Of a stretch of DNA of 36,972 nucleotides, positions 28,301 through 31,225 are shown in pieces (position 1 is the stretch's first letter; each line of letters begins with the position of its first letter). Source of the DNA: an uncultured Verrucomicrobiota bacterium. Its GTDB lineage: Bacteria; Verrucomicrobiota; Verrucomicrobiia; Limisphaerales; RI-55. The notes below the pieces were generated by a model. That model had not been told where the DNA came from. It saw only the letters and a list, made by a program, of their open reading frames with translations, and ran no database searches. The position numbers and the translations under genes were made by a program. The stretch is taken from assembly GCA_964463815.1 (NCBI GenBank), contig CAYXDZ010000002.1:1-36972 (forward strand), written 5' to 3'.

Positions 28301-29536
28301 ACGGCGCTCACCGATCTCCCCGGTGCCTACGTGCTTTCGTTGAACTTGGCCGGCATCACTGATCGCGCCGGCAACGCCGGCACCAACTCCGTCTCGGCCG
28401 GCTGGTCCCGCACCGGCGCCAACCAGCCGCCCACGCTCGCATTCATCGCCGATCGCAATGCCAAGGTTGGCGAACTGATCACTTTCACCAACGTCGCCAG
28501 CGATCCCGACGTCGGACAGCGGCTGACCTTCAGCCTGAACGTCGATGCGCCGGCGAACGCGCGGCTCGTCGCCACCAACGGCGCATTCTCGTGGACGCCC
28601 ACGCGCAGCCAGTCGCCGGGCCTGTACCCGATCATCGTCACCGTCACCGACGACGGCGTGCCGCCGGCCAGCGCCGCGCGGACGTTCGTCGTGGCGGTCG
28701 AGGACTACACCGAAACCCGGCTGGGAGAGACCGTGCTGCTCGCCGGTGAAAACGGGGCGTTGAACCTCACCCTCATCTCGACCGCCGGCCTGACGAACCT
28801 CGTCACGGAAGTCGCCGTACCGACCAACCGGATTGGCGCGCCGCAGCTCGGCGGGTTGAGCGCGCTGGTGGGCGCCTCGAGCATCCAGGAATTGGGCGAC
28901 GGCCGGTTCCGCGTGAGCGTGACCAGTCAGCCGGGACAATCGATCCGCGGTTCGAACGTGCTGGGCCAGCTCCAATTCACCACCGAACCCACGCAGAACT
29001 CCGCCTTCATCAAGGTGCCGCTGAGCAACGTCGCCGCCCGCCAGCCCGACGGCTCCGTGGTGGGCACGACATTTGTGCGCGACGGCCGGGTGGTGATGAT
29101 TGGCGGGCAACCCTTGCTGGAAACCGTGCGCACGACGGATAACTCCCGCTTCCTCCGCCTGTTCGCCCGCCCCGGCGACGCGCATGACCTGCAATTCGCG
29201 CCTGCTGTCACCGGTCCGTGGAGCGACGTGGAACGTCTGCGCTTCAGCGGCCGTGAGTTGTCGTTCGCCCCGCTGAACACGACCGGTAGCACATTCTACC
29301 GCCTCGCCTCCGTAGATACCTCGCTGCCGTTCTTCGAGATCCTGTCGGCCGACAGCGCGGGCATGGACGTCGTGTTCTACGCAGATCGCGGCCTGACCTA
29401 CGACCTGCAAACCTCCAGCAACCTGAACCTCCCCTGGACCACGCAGCTCACACAACCGATGAACAACCAGTTCCACGAACTGCGCCTCACCGTGCCCGCA
29501 AACGAGAACCGCTTTCTCCGCGCCCGGTCGCAATAA
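13316..29536 (+). CDS. Giant secreted multidomain surface/adhesin-like protein (about 5,406 aa)
   Basis: Single uninterrupted ORF; the track gives 13289-29536 from a GTG. I prefer the ATG at 13316, which gives MKTSLFCGGSASLPRGCRIGMVTATLLCSQLLFAQP, a signal-peptide-like N-terminus. Domain content is listed in the sub-features below. Confidence 0.9.
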   Translation: MKTSLFCGGSASLPRGCRIGMVTATLLCSQLLFAQPVYWDPAQGGNGHYYEVVVVPGGINFWEARLQASARGGRLASINSAAENEFVHALAAANTNAWWTDGTTTHGPWLGGFQADGSPEPTGGWGWIGGEPFSYTNWANGQPDNWANSENALHFWALGANNFAATWNDINGTAGSPRSYVLEVDITAATGWIARNAATDFSATLNPSAPWTHGYALNPGASFTAFGHATTAAGLQVWQRPGTSDPPSTVFNPTGSTSTPGTPVYAAGELHLHPGPTGEFAVLRFTAPVTGIYEINAAFQGADTVGTSTDVWVLSGTNEWFRGTVNGYGPASRRAYRTAVPLNAGANIDFAVGPNGTYFYDNTLVEVQISYRATTDAVSGTIAYAGEEDRYSFQLAQPATMYFDSRTSSSGLNWTLTGPPGTVVNVRGFGSSDADTSSDPLLRLPAGDYTLVIRGSGATTGAYEFVLLNLADATLITPATVIANHEFPRRTTDLYQFTANSGDVMSFDRLTLVNGGSPYWRLVDPYGKIVWATYFNDVNNVTLPATGTYTLLVEGTISGGSATSYSFQLLPQGGTPSPAFTGMPLALGTGVTNVIDTVGATNAYTFTLAQPTRLYYDSLTNNGSLRYTLFGPGGTVATTRGVSGGANSDLHYAPAGDYQLVISAVSSYTGSFAFRLLDLATATPITPGTVVNGTTTPASGLRMYRFSATPGTRLFFDALSQSGYTYFGNAYWSLVDPYGNVLFADNGFGDRATTTLTGNGDYTLWVAGGDHEPGAQGNFSFNLVPATETSTALVLNTAYSGSVATPGQQHLHTFSLAESKRVYFQSLTNQPSIRWTMTGPGGVVQSAIAFNTGGWLAYTLAPGDYTITVFANGDLTGGYAFKLVDYATATSITVGPTINGTVTPAASINIHELTLTAGDRLFVDALSQSGFTYYGTAFWRLEDPEGNTVFLPDINLHWDRGFSDIGPFTVPRTAAYQLLIGGGVQETQAGGNYSFRILPVVDTTQPLTFGQVIEPAITSPGQQLVYTFTLNGPTRVQLDNQRSTPNLRWTLADAGRTYAANIGFNSDSWYVYDLPAGNYRLIVNTGNDATGTARLQLLDFAAATPITLDTVHNVTLVPPTEDRQFRFSAAAGQRVYFDLLSQSGFTYYGYPFWRLEGPGGNVLLEAGVADAGPIVLPENGSYTLIVHGNHNEAQPQGNLSFRINNAPLTTSPLVLDSLTTGELAIAGETDRFVFTLAQPAQVVFDSRTNSPLRVSLSGPGGLVANNWAFNSLDGPNRDSYLNLPAGDYTLDVTGSTDATGGYAFLLRTLASAEALALNTTINGTLDPANATRLYRFTASAGDRIRFQALSQSGMPNAYWRLRDPQGDLVWGSYFNGSAHSNLLARTGAYTLQLEGYHAEASASGSFSFSSTTFAPTPPPGPSGTAITLGETVNGTLPTSGTVHSFALTLTQPGRLYLDWLRAMDGFSWALVGPGGVVVPSTSVYATLNPPLHTRALLPGTYELQLTGTVNPYSFRVLDVNAAPLYTLDTVHTNELVPAAGASFLRVNLTAGQRLFFDLLSETGLNSSATKRLEDAAGNLLFTLGHAANAGPVDVRVTGEHLLNFDGQWANPGATGAVAFNLRTVLQPTSPLAFGTVHSNTLAGGGDVHQFTFTLAGTNRVFFDALNNPPGGWKWTLEGPGGPLVQNRGVVSSDGVDIGEPSLLLRPGDYRLSVSSDSDQLIPFVFQLLRDVDATPFAIGSTVTTNHAPGTATSLWRFSATAGQQVYFDAVPGGYTPNLRIYSPGGSQFASFGTGSDVDTFALPATGEYLVALEGRIYEAAASGTVSFAFLPISYPTNTLALDTVVAGAISTPGTRHHWTFSLATPRQLWFDTLTNAPGATWTLTRGQNVLVSARGFLGSDGIDIGNALLSLPAGDYVLTVSLGLGSTGTYAFQLVSPESTTLMQMNVNTAVLLDPPVVTRLLAFNETAGERFYFDGRPQSGAGSANARLYDPFGAKLLDLNTTSDAPTFVLPFTGTYTFAIEGRVYNSGPGLTANFALVSNPPKPVEPLFENTSLPDLVVDTVSVTPPAGLKSGDPFTVNWTVRNAGALATGGSFTDRVSVRNTALNQIILNTTLAYNPADAGNGPIAPGTQRNRQLALTLPAGASGAGSLEVTVTTDTLNQLAEYNIGGTGESNNSNSTTFNSTLAPYPDLRVIALAANPPSGWSPGNVVAINWAVTNSGPANTSTSWVDRVIVRNDSRSVVLLTTNVVHDHATLGGLASGGRRDRQASFVVPAGLNAQGLFSISVETDALGTVVESQPTDSGEANNLTTINVLSAPDLTVSGVQVVATPSAQSGASLALQWSLENTGTAPAVDAFSDRIIVRNLDTAETLINTFAAYNPASPGNGSIAPGTSKARSLNVNLPDGPRAAGNLQIEIAADTYNQIVEFTAAGTSGENNNSGFANLTTTLAPYPDLVVTNLAVLPGNPQSGSEVTVRWEDFNIGIAPATASWHDRLVVVNTGSGATLLDTTIHHPTTTLGALTNGLTRLRQYVWRLPNGAAGTGNLRFTVTADHFNAVFEHNPGATAEANNDLAVIVPATLAAYPDLEIASFDVAPATYESGRLLTAAWAVTNTGTASVAGDFYDRLLVRNLSLGSTLFDQSYYLNPVADTNGPIAPGQSRLRTATFRLPDGPAGTGSIDVALFLDSGNRVFEFRETVDAEANNTTNLTRSSTVALYPDLAISNVTAPPTGLPGQTLQVSWTVTNGGSAGTPAAWTDQVYLVDDTNPNAPQLIGTFNFAGTLGVGQSSNVTQTVTLPYFTVGTRRLAVRANSGPAFYEPSLANNFATAAATISLSPRLEFTLNRTSIPENGGSVVATVLRNANTTSDLTVSLANSDTNSLLVPTQAVIPAGQTFANVTLTVLNNSRVDGNRTVNVTASGAGYADAAASLLVQDDDLPTLTLQMSPGQLMEDAGPGAAMGYLTRNTPTNVALTVNLVSDAPTRLLPPASVTIPVGQWSFAFDIAAPVNTTIEGARDVRVQATAQGFTTGSAIVNVLDNDAPTLDLTVAAAAIVEGAESPATSGLLTRQPPLNSPLSVVLGQSLPGLLLLPPELNFAAGQSQLPFNISVSDDLLVNGTRTNELIARIRGVTGVPITNGQATATLVVFDNDGPSLTLTLASDVVSETGSVNGTVSRNTGTGGALTVNLASSDPGEAVPASPTVVIPNGATSAAFTVNGVVDGQNDGIQPVILTATAAGFNSATARLNVSDVDLPDLAVGDIIVPSSGQIDARANVTFTVSNSGPVPASGTWVDRIFISSDNQLGGDILAGAHTNTAPLASGSAYVRTVSITLPADPGLYHIIVVTDADNQVVEGSERNNVISIAQIDVQPNYRATVETAIVTAPCGTLVPITGRAYYPEDNSPAILKPVLVRILNGGTRRTYSVFSDIDGTFRLNFTPIPTETGDYQLAADHPRVYQDTPQDSFTLLGFGLSAEYASMTIVPETPISGQITLRNATGTTLTGLLSAATNAPAALGLTLNVPATLPGHGEVTLDWSMNTTITNAARVVFPVVISSAEGCQRQVLFTVQIAPLRPQLVAEPAFLNRGMVRGEQSLVPFTLRNIGGVPTGPLDVLLPPSEWLKLAGTNRLNSLEPGASTVVNLLLEPASDLPLIIHGGNLAINGANTSLAVPFQFRAMSTAQGDLKITVTDDYTYYVEGNPKVTNAVVTLTDPFTGQVVTNMTTDTAGEARFVGLVEGPYTVDVSAPKRNTFRGTATIQPGAETVLEAFLIRQTVTYRWSVVPVEIEDRYKIVLESVFETEVPVPNVIIEEPHIMPLVFEGETNQFELKIRNVGLIAAENVTINVPYDATYVIQPLVTNIGTLPAMSSLSIPVLIHERSTTASLLRLASLNPRLNGGDCGIDTLPCLPKIPLGVHYYYTCGPNGVYQQRSADLSPICVAKDIKECVEKTLQSAASLNAFRNGGNAANFACDLAKAILQCGGVNLTPCQNAAFSIACGAATGGLGGAASNGLGPTLSCICDLAKDFSVGIPSSPPNYGTVNYVNGSLFGSHPSGFNGYPYSVGWYIGPGNCASPAPNSFTGGSTPLPRLMNDGVCARVRLQIDQEAVMTRVAFKGSLEIENSGTDAITGIRVDLDVRDANDHPAGDRFVVRPPVVTDMGAVDGSGVVGALGTGSAEYLFIPTRDAAPTAPRVYRIGGSFRYLENGQEVVVPLLSSTITVYPEARLQLHYFQAREVYSDDPFTEEVEPAEPFALGIIARNVGAGAARNFRITSAQPKIIENSKGLLIDFKIIGSQVGTNAAEPSLTVNLGNIPAGQSQVAQWLLTSTLQGKFIEYKATFEHVDNFGSTNLSLIDSVEIHELIKAVLADRPGDDFAPDFLANDIPDPDSLPDILHLSDGSTALVHALTNGVFSNQIGSGARQATLTFAPQAGWQYLRLPNPGAGWQLFRVVRSDNKVLKVGTNVWTTDRTFPTATYGTIREHRFHLLDHDSTGSYTVFYRPVDTAPPVLVSVGPVTPSFQTAAVTSVEVLFNEEMDLATFTPADVTLSLNGGGNLINGGVTITQLATNRFAIGNLAALTGADGNYELSVNAAGIEDFGGNVGSGMVATSWAKGSVAPVLTALGPVLPNPRNLPVDSLELAFSRAMNPATISRDDLVLTRNGGASLITSAVQVLQTDTNRFVISGLDTLTQLAGNYVLTVNAAGTTDAEGIAGTGSRSTTWSMVTTGPRIASLEQPATNPRNIVVASLDVTFEAPINPGSFTWQDIALTRNGGPNLLTSAVTVQQVSPTVYRIANFNWVIGQEGEYRFTVTATGILDAAGNGGTGSASVSWKMDTTRPGAASALALTPDLGESTTDRLINTLAPTLTGSLPETNLTVRVKNLTTGLDLGPATVTGQSFSKLLSLATAGAHQLEVRTVDAAGNTSFPDVQLDLFVDLTQPSATMVPVVPNVRNTAVPSVTVTFSEAIHAASFTRDDLTLTRQGGANLINAGVNVANVVSNQWQISGLTALTDLPGAYVLSLNLAGITDRAGNAGTNSVSAGWSRTGANQPPTLAFIADRNAKVGELITFTNVASDPDVGQRLTFSLNVDAPANARLVATNGAFSWTPTRSQSPGLYPIIVTVTDDGVPPASAARTFVVAVEDYTETRLGETVLLAGENGALNLTLISTAGLTNLVTEVAVPTNRIGAPQLGGLSALVGASSIQELGDGRFRVSVTSQPGQSIRGSNVLGQLQFTTEPTQNSAFIKVPLSNVAARQPDGSVVGTTFVRDGRVVMIGGQPLLETVRTTDNSRFLRLFARPGDAHDLQFAPAVTGPWSDVERLRFSGRELSFAPLNTTGSTFYRLASVDTSLPFFEILSADSAGMDVVFYADRGLTYDLQTSSNLNLPWTTQLTQPMNNQFHELRLTVPANENRFLRARSQ
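13450..13870 (+). other. C-type lectin-like domain (within the giant protein)
   Basis: HYYEVV...INFWEARLQASARGGRLASINSAAENEFV...WLGG...W.WI.GEPFSYTNWANGQPDN...ENALHFW...WNDINGT. This is the classical CTLD motif order (WxxA...LASI.S..E..F, W.G, F.NW..GEPN, WND). Confidence 0.8.
14436..19440 (+). repeat. Array of 16 PPC-like (pre-peptidase C-terminal type) beta-sandwich domains arranged as 8 tandem A/B di-domain units of about 620-650 nt
   Basis: Unit starts lie near 14436, 15085, 15710, 16346, 16966, 17603, 18221 and 18845. Type A consensus is G..D.Y.FTLAQP..vyFDS.TN...L.WTL.GPGG.V......... L.LPAGDYTL.V.g..d.TG.YAF.LLDLA.A. Type B consensus is TPIT..T..NGT..PA....YRF.A.AG.R.fFD.LSQSG..Y....WRL.DP.GN.....LP..G.YTL...G...E....G..SF. 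The repeats have diverged at the DNA level. Confidence 0.7.
19478..21800 (+). repeat. Six tandem CARDB-like domains (about 130 aa each)
   Basis: Starts lie near 19478, 19876, 20261, 20663, 21055 and 21455. Each begins (A)PYPDL.V, then carries W.V.N.G, then [WF].DR..V.N, and ends E.NN (GESNNSN, GEANNLT, GENNNSG, AEANNDL, AEANNTT, SLANNFA). Confidence 0.7.
21806..23057 (+). repeat. Four tandem Calx-beta-like domains
   Basis: Roughly 100-aa units, each ending in an acidic boundary: LLVQDDDLPTL, VNVLDNDAPTL, LVVFDNDGPSL, NVSDVDLPDL. Internal patterns are I.E.GG....V.R and IPAG.T.A.F.V. The canonical DY-containing Ca-site motif is not evident, hence 'like'. Confidence 0.5.
23060..23400 (+). other. 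Seventh CARDB-like domain
   Basis: LPDLAVGDIIVPSSG...VTFTVSNSGPVPASGTWVDRIFISSDN...VVTDADNQVVEGSERNNV. Confidence 0.65.
24341..24600 (+). other. Carboxypeptidase-regulatory-like (CarboxypepD_reg-type) beta-sandwich
   Basis: GDLKITVTDD...NAVVTLTDPFTGQVVTNMTTDTAGEARFVGLVEGPYTVDVSAPKRNTFRGTATIQPG fits the V.D..G.P...A.V.l......tTD.~G.F.f..L..G.Y.v.v.a.Gy pattern. Confidence 0.55.
24977..25590 (+). other. Cys-rich island of the giant protein
   Basis: About 13 Cys in roughly 200 aa (GDCGIDTLPCLPK...YTCGPNG...SPICVAKDIKECVEK...NFACDLAKAILQCGGVNLTPCQNAAFSIACGAA...LSCICDLAK...GNCASP...GVCARV). The remaining 5,200 aa or so are almost Cys-free. Confidence 0.8.
26798..28410 (+). repeat. Four SbsA-type Ig-like domains plus one Big-like domain (27780-28087)
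   Basis: Units start near 26798, 27125, 27450 and 28088. They share V.S..V.F.E.m.p.[ST]F...D[LI].LTRNGG.NLI...V.V.......f.I.gL..LT...G.Y.L.vnA.GI.D..GN.G. Confidence 0.6.
28421..28706 (+). other. Cadherin-like / putative Ig (dystroglycan-type) domain
   Basis: NQPPTLAFIADRNAKVGELITFTNVASDPDVGQRLTFSLNVDAPANARLVATNGAFSWTPTRSQSPGLYPIIVTVTDDGVPPASAARTFVVAV. The typical Q.L.FSL...P.GA.i....G.F.WTP......G.Y...V.VtD.G.P pattern is present. Confidence 0.7.
28707..29100 (+). other. Cohesin-like beta-sandwich (tentative)
   Basis: GETVLLAGENGALNLTLISTAGLTNLVTEVAVPTNRI...GRFRVSVTS...GSNVLGQLQFTTEPTQNSAFIKVPLSNV. The pattern resembles cohesin-type modules. This is a weak motif-level call only. Confidence 0.3.
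29101..29533 (+). repeat. Duplicated C-terminal module of about 70 aa (also found once at the C-terminus of the 1,029 aa protein)
   Basis: Copy 1: LRLFARPGDAHDLQFAPAVTGPWSDV...GSTFYRLASV. Copy 2: VVFYADRGLTYDLQTSSNLNLPWTTQ...NENRFLRARSQ. Compare LELRGFPGRRYRLEQSTDFSDWSPV...GDRQFLRAIKLVE at 33735-33944 on the minus strand. Confidence 0.6.
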
Positions 29537-29625
29537 GCTATAGCACCAACCTGCCGGCAAAGTGGCTTGCCTCGTTACGTTGGGTGGCCAGGACGCAGAA
29601 GCGCACAGTCTTAAGTGAAGCGGTC

Positions 29626-31188
29626 CTATAGACGCTCACTTTGCCCCAGTTGTTCCTCGATTGCTGCGGCTATCGCGGCCACCAGTTGGCGGACCTGCTT
29701 CGGCGTCGTGCAGTAGGGAGGCATCAGCACGACCATGCTGCCGATCGGGCGAGTGAGCACGCCGCGCTTCGCCAGCGCTTCGCAGACGCGAATACCGGCG
29801 CGTTCGGCGAGGGCGAAGGGCTTTCTCGTGCGCCAGTCCTTCACCAGTTCGATGCCGGCGACCAACCCGGTTTGCCGGATGTCGCCGACCTGCGGGAGCG
29901 ACCAGAGCGCTTTCAGCTCTTCGCGGAGATTGTGCTCCAGTTGCGCGCGTTGCTGGAGGGAAGCCGCGCTTTGCAGCAGCTCCAGACTCGCCAGGCCGGC
30001 GGCCGCACCGAGCTGGTTGCCGGTGTAACTGTGACCGTGGAAGAAGGTCTTGAACTCCTCGTAGTCGCCGAGAAAGGCATCGAAGACCGCCTGCGTCGTC
30101 AGCGTGGCGGCCAGCGGCAGGTAGCCGCCGGTGAGACCTTTGGCGAGACAAAGGAAGTCCGGCTGCACGCCTTCGAGGTGCGAGGCGAACAAGGGTTTCG
30201 GGTTTCGGGTTTCGGGTTTCGGGTCGTGAGTGACAGCCCTGCCGAAGCCGGTCATGACTTCGTCCGCGATCAGGAGCGCGCCGTGGCCACGGGTGATTTC
30301 CGCGACGCGGCTCAACCAACCCGCCGGTTGCGGGATCAGTCCCGCCGCGCCTTGCATCAACGGTTCGAACACGAAGGCGGCGTGCGGTTCGCCGCGTTTC
30401 GCCTGTCGGGCGCACGCCTGCTCAACTTTGCCAACACACTCCCAGTTGCACTTGCGGTAGTCGCGGGCGTCGGCCCGTTCCGGCTTCGCGCGGTTGAACG
30501 GACAACGGTAACAATACGGAGCCATCACGCGGTCGGTCTTGAACAGCATTCCGCCGTAGGCTTTATGGAACAGATCAATGTGCCCGAGGCTGACCGCGCC
30601 GATGGTGTCACCGTGATAGGCGCCCTCCAGGGAGAGAAAGCGCGGTTTCGACTTCGGCCCGCGGGTACGGCGGGTGAATTCGTAGGCCAGCTTGAGCGCG
30701 ACCTCGAGCGCGGTGGAGCCGTCGTCGGAGTAGAAGACTTTGGAAAGTTTCGAGTTTCGAGTTTCGAGTTTCGAGTTGGGCACCGCAGCGCCGCCAAGCG
30801 GTAGGGCGAGGCTCCTGCCGAGTGTTGCAACAGATCTAGTTTGGGCTCCGCGGGAGCGTCGCCCTACCAACCAGGTAGGATTCGCGGATTTCACTAATTC
30901 CGCCGCCAGCAAACTGGCCGGTTCATTCGCCAGACCGAGTGCGGAGCTGTGGGCGACCTTGCCGAGTTGTCGTTTGATCGCCGCATTGATCTTCGGGTGA
31001 TTATGGCCGTGCAGGTTGGTCCAGATTGAGGAATTGCCGTCGAGGTAGCGCCGGCCGTGCTGATCTTCCAGGATCGCCCCCTTGCCGCGCATGATCACGA
31101 TCGGTTCGCGGCGCAGCCAGTCGCGCATCTGCGTGAACGGATGCCACACATGCGTGTGGTCGAGCTGGGCGAGCGAGTGGAGGGGCAT
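29626..31188 (-). CDS. bioA: Adenosylmethionine-8-amino-7-oxononanoate aminotransferase with two in-frame insertions
   Basis: 520 aa. HVWHPFTQM, SSIWTNLHGHNHP, VFYSDDGSTALEVALKLA, LIADEVMTGFGR...LFASH and LCLAKGLTGGYLPLAATLTT (PLP Lys) are all BioA/class III aminotransferase hallmarks. Extra segments lie at about 30750-30876 and 30190-30230. Confidence 0.9.
   Translation of the reverse strand: MPLHSLAQLDHTHVWHPFTQMRDWLRREPIVIMRGKGAILEDQHGRRYLDGNSSIWTNLHGHNHPKINAAIKRQLGKVAHSSALGLANEPASLLAAELVKSANPTWLVGRRSRGAQTRSVATLGRSLALPLGGAAVPNSKLETRNSKLSKVFYSDDGSTALEVALKLAYEFTRRTRGPKSKPRFLSLEGAYHGDTIGAVSLGHIDLFHKAYGGMLFKTDRVMAPYCYRCPFNRAKPERADARDYRKCNWECVGKVEQACARQAKRGEPHAAFVFEPLMQGAAGLIPQPAGWLSRVAEITRGHGALLIADEVMTGFGRAVTHDPKPETRNPKPLFASHLEGVQPDFLCLAKGLTGGYLPLAATLTTQAVFDAFLGDYEEFKTFFHGHSYTGNQLGAAAGLASLELLQSAASLQQRAQLEHNLREELKALWSLPQVGDIRQTGLVAGIELVKDWRTRKPFALAERAGIRVCEALAKRGVLTRPIGSMVVLMPPYCTTPKQVRQLVAAIAAAIEEQLGQSERL
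30193..30224. repeat. Heptanucleotide tandem array (GGGTTTC)x4 plus a partial unit, inside bioA
   Basis: Read directly from the sequence. On the coding strand it is CCGAAAC x4, translated DPKPETRNPKP. Confidence 0.95.
30746..30777. repeat. Heptanucleotide tandem array (AGTTTCG)x4 plus a partial unit, inside bioA
   Basis: Read directly from the sequence. On the coding strand it is AACTCGA x4, translated PNSKLETRNSKL. Confidence 0.95.
30800..30868. repeat. REP/MITE-like inverted-repeat hairpin element embedded in-frame in bioA
   Basis: Arms GGTAGGGCGAGGCTCC (30800-30815) and GGAGCGTCGCCCTACC (30853-30868) are reverse complements at 15/16 positions, with a 37-nt spacer. The element is translated as LVGRRSRGAQTRSVATLGRSLALP. 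Confidence 0.8.
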
Positions 31189-31200
31189 TCTTGATCTGTA

Positions 31201-31225
31201 ATTTACGATTTACGATTTACGATTT
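31201..31225. repeat. Heptanucleotide tandem array (ATTTACG)x3 plus a partial unit at the bioF stop
   Basis: Read directly from the sequence. On the coding strand, AAA ATC GTA AAT CGT AAA TCG TAA encodes KIVNRKS-stop of bioF. The array ends 13 nt before the bioA ATG. Confidence 0.95.

Noticed and set aside
29101-29533. Known C-terminal sorting signals on the giant protein (PEP-CTERM, LPXTG, RTX/T1SS, autotransporter barrel)
   Set aside because: The protein ends ...VPANENRFLRARSQ with no PEP motif plus TM helix plus basic tail. It has no LPXTG, no GGxGxD repeats upstream, and no beta-barrel-length terminal domain of about 300 aa. Hence I only propose an uncharacterised module.
25388-29560. 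1,390 aa ORF antisense to the 3' part of the giant gene
   Set aside because: Same reasoning: an antisense artefact of high GC with no motifs, fully nested against a well-supported sense CDS.
30193-31225. Repeat arrays as a CRISPR array
   Set aside because: The units are 7 nt and directly abutting, with no spacers. The arrays lie inside or at the ends of conserved biosynthetic genes, and no cas genes are present.
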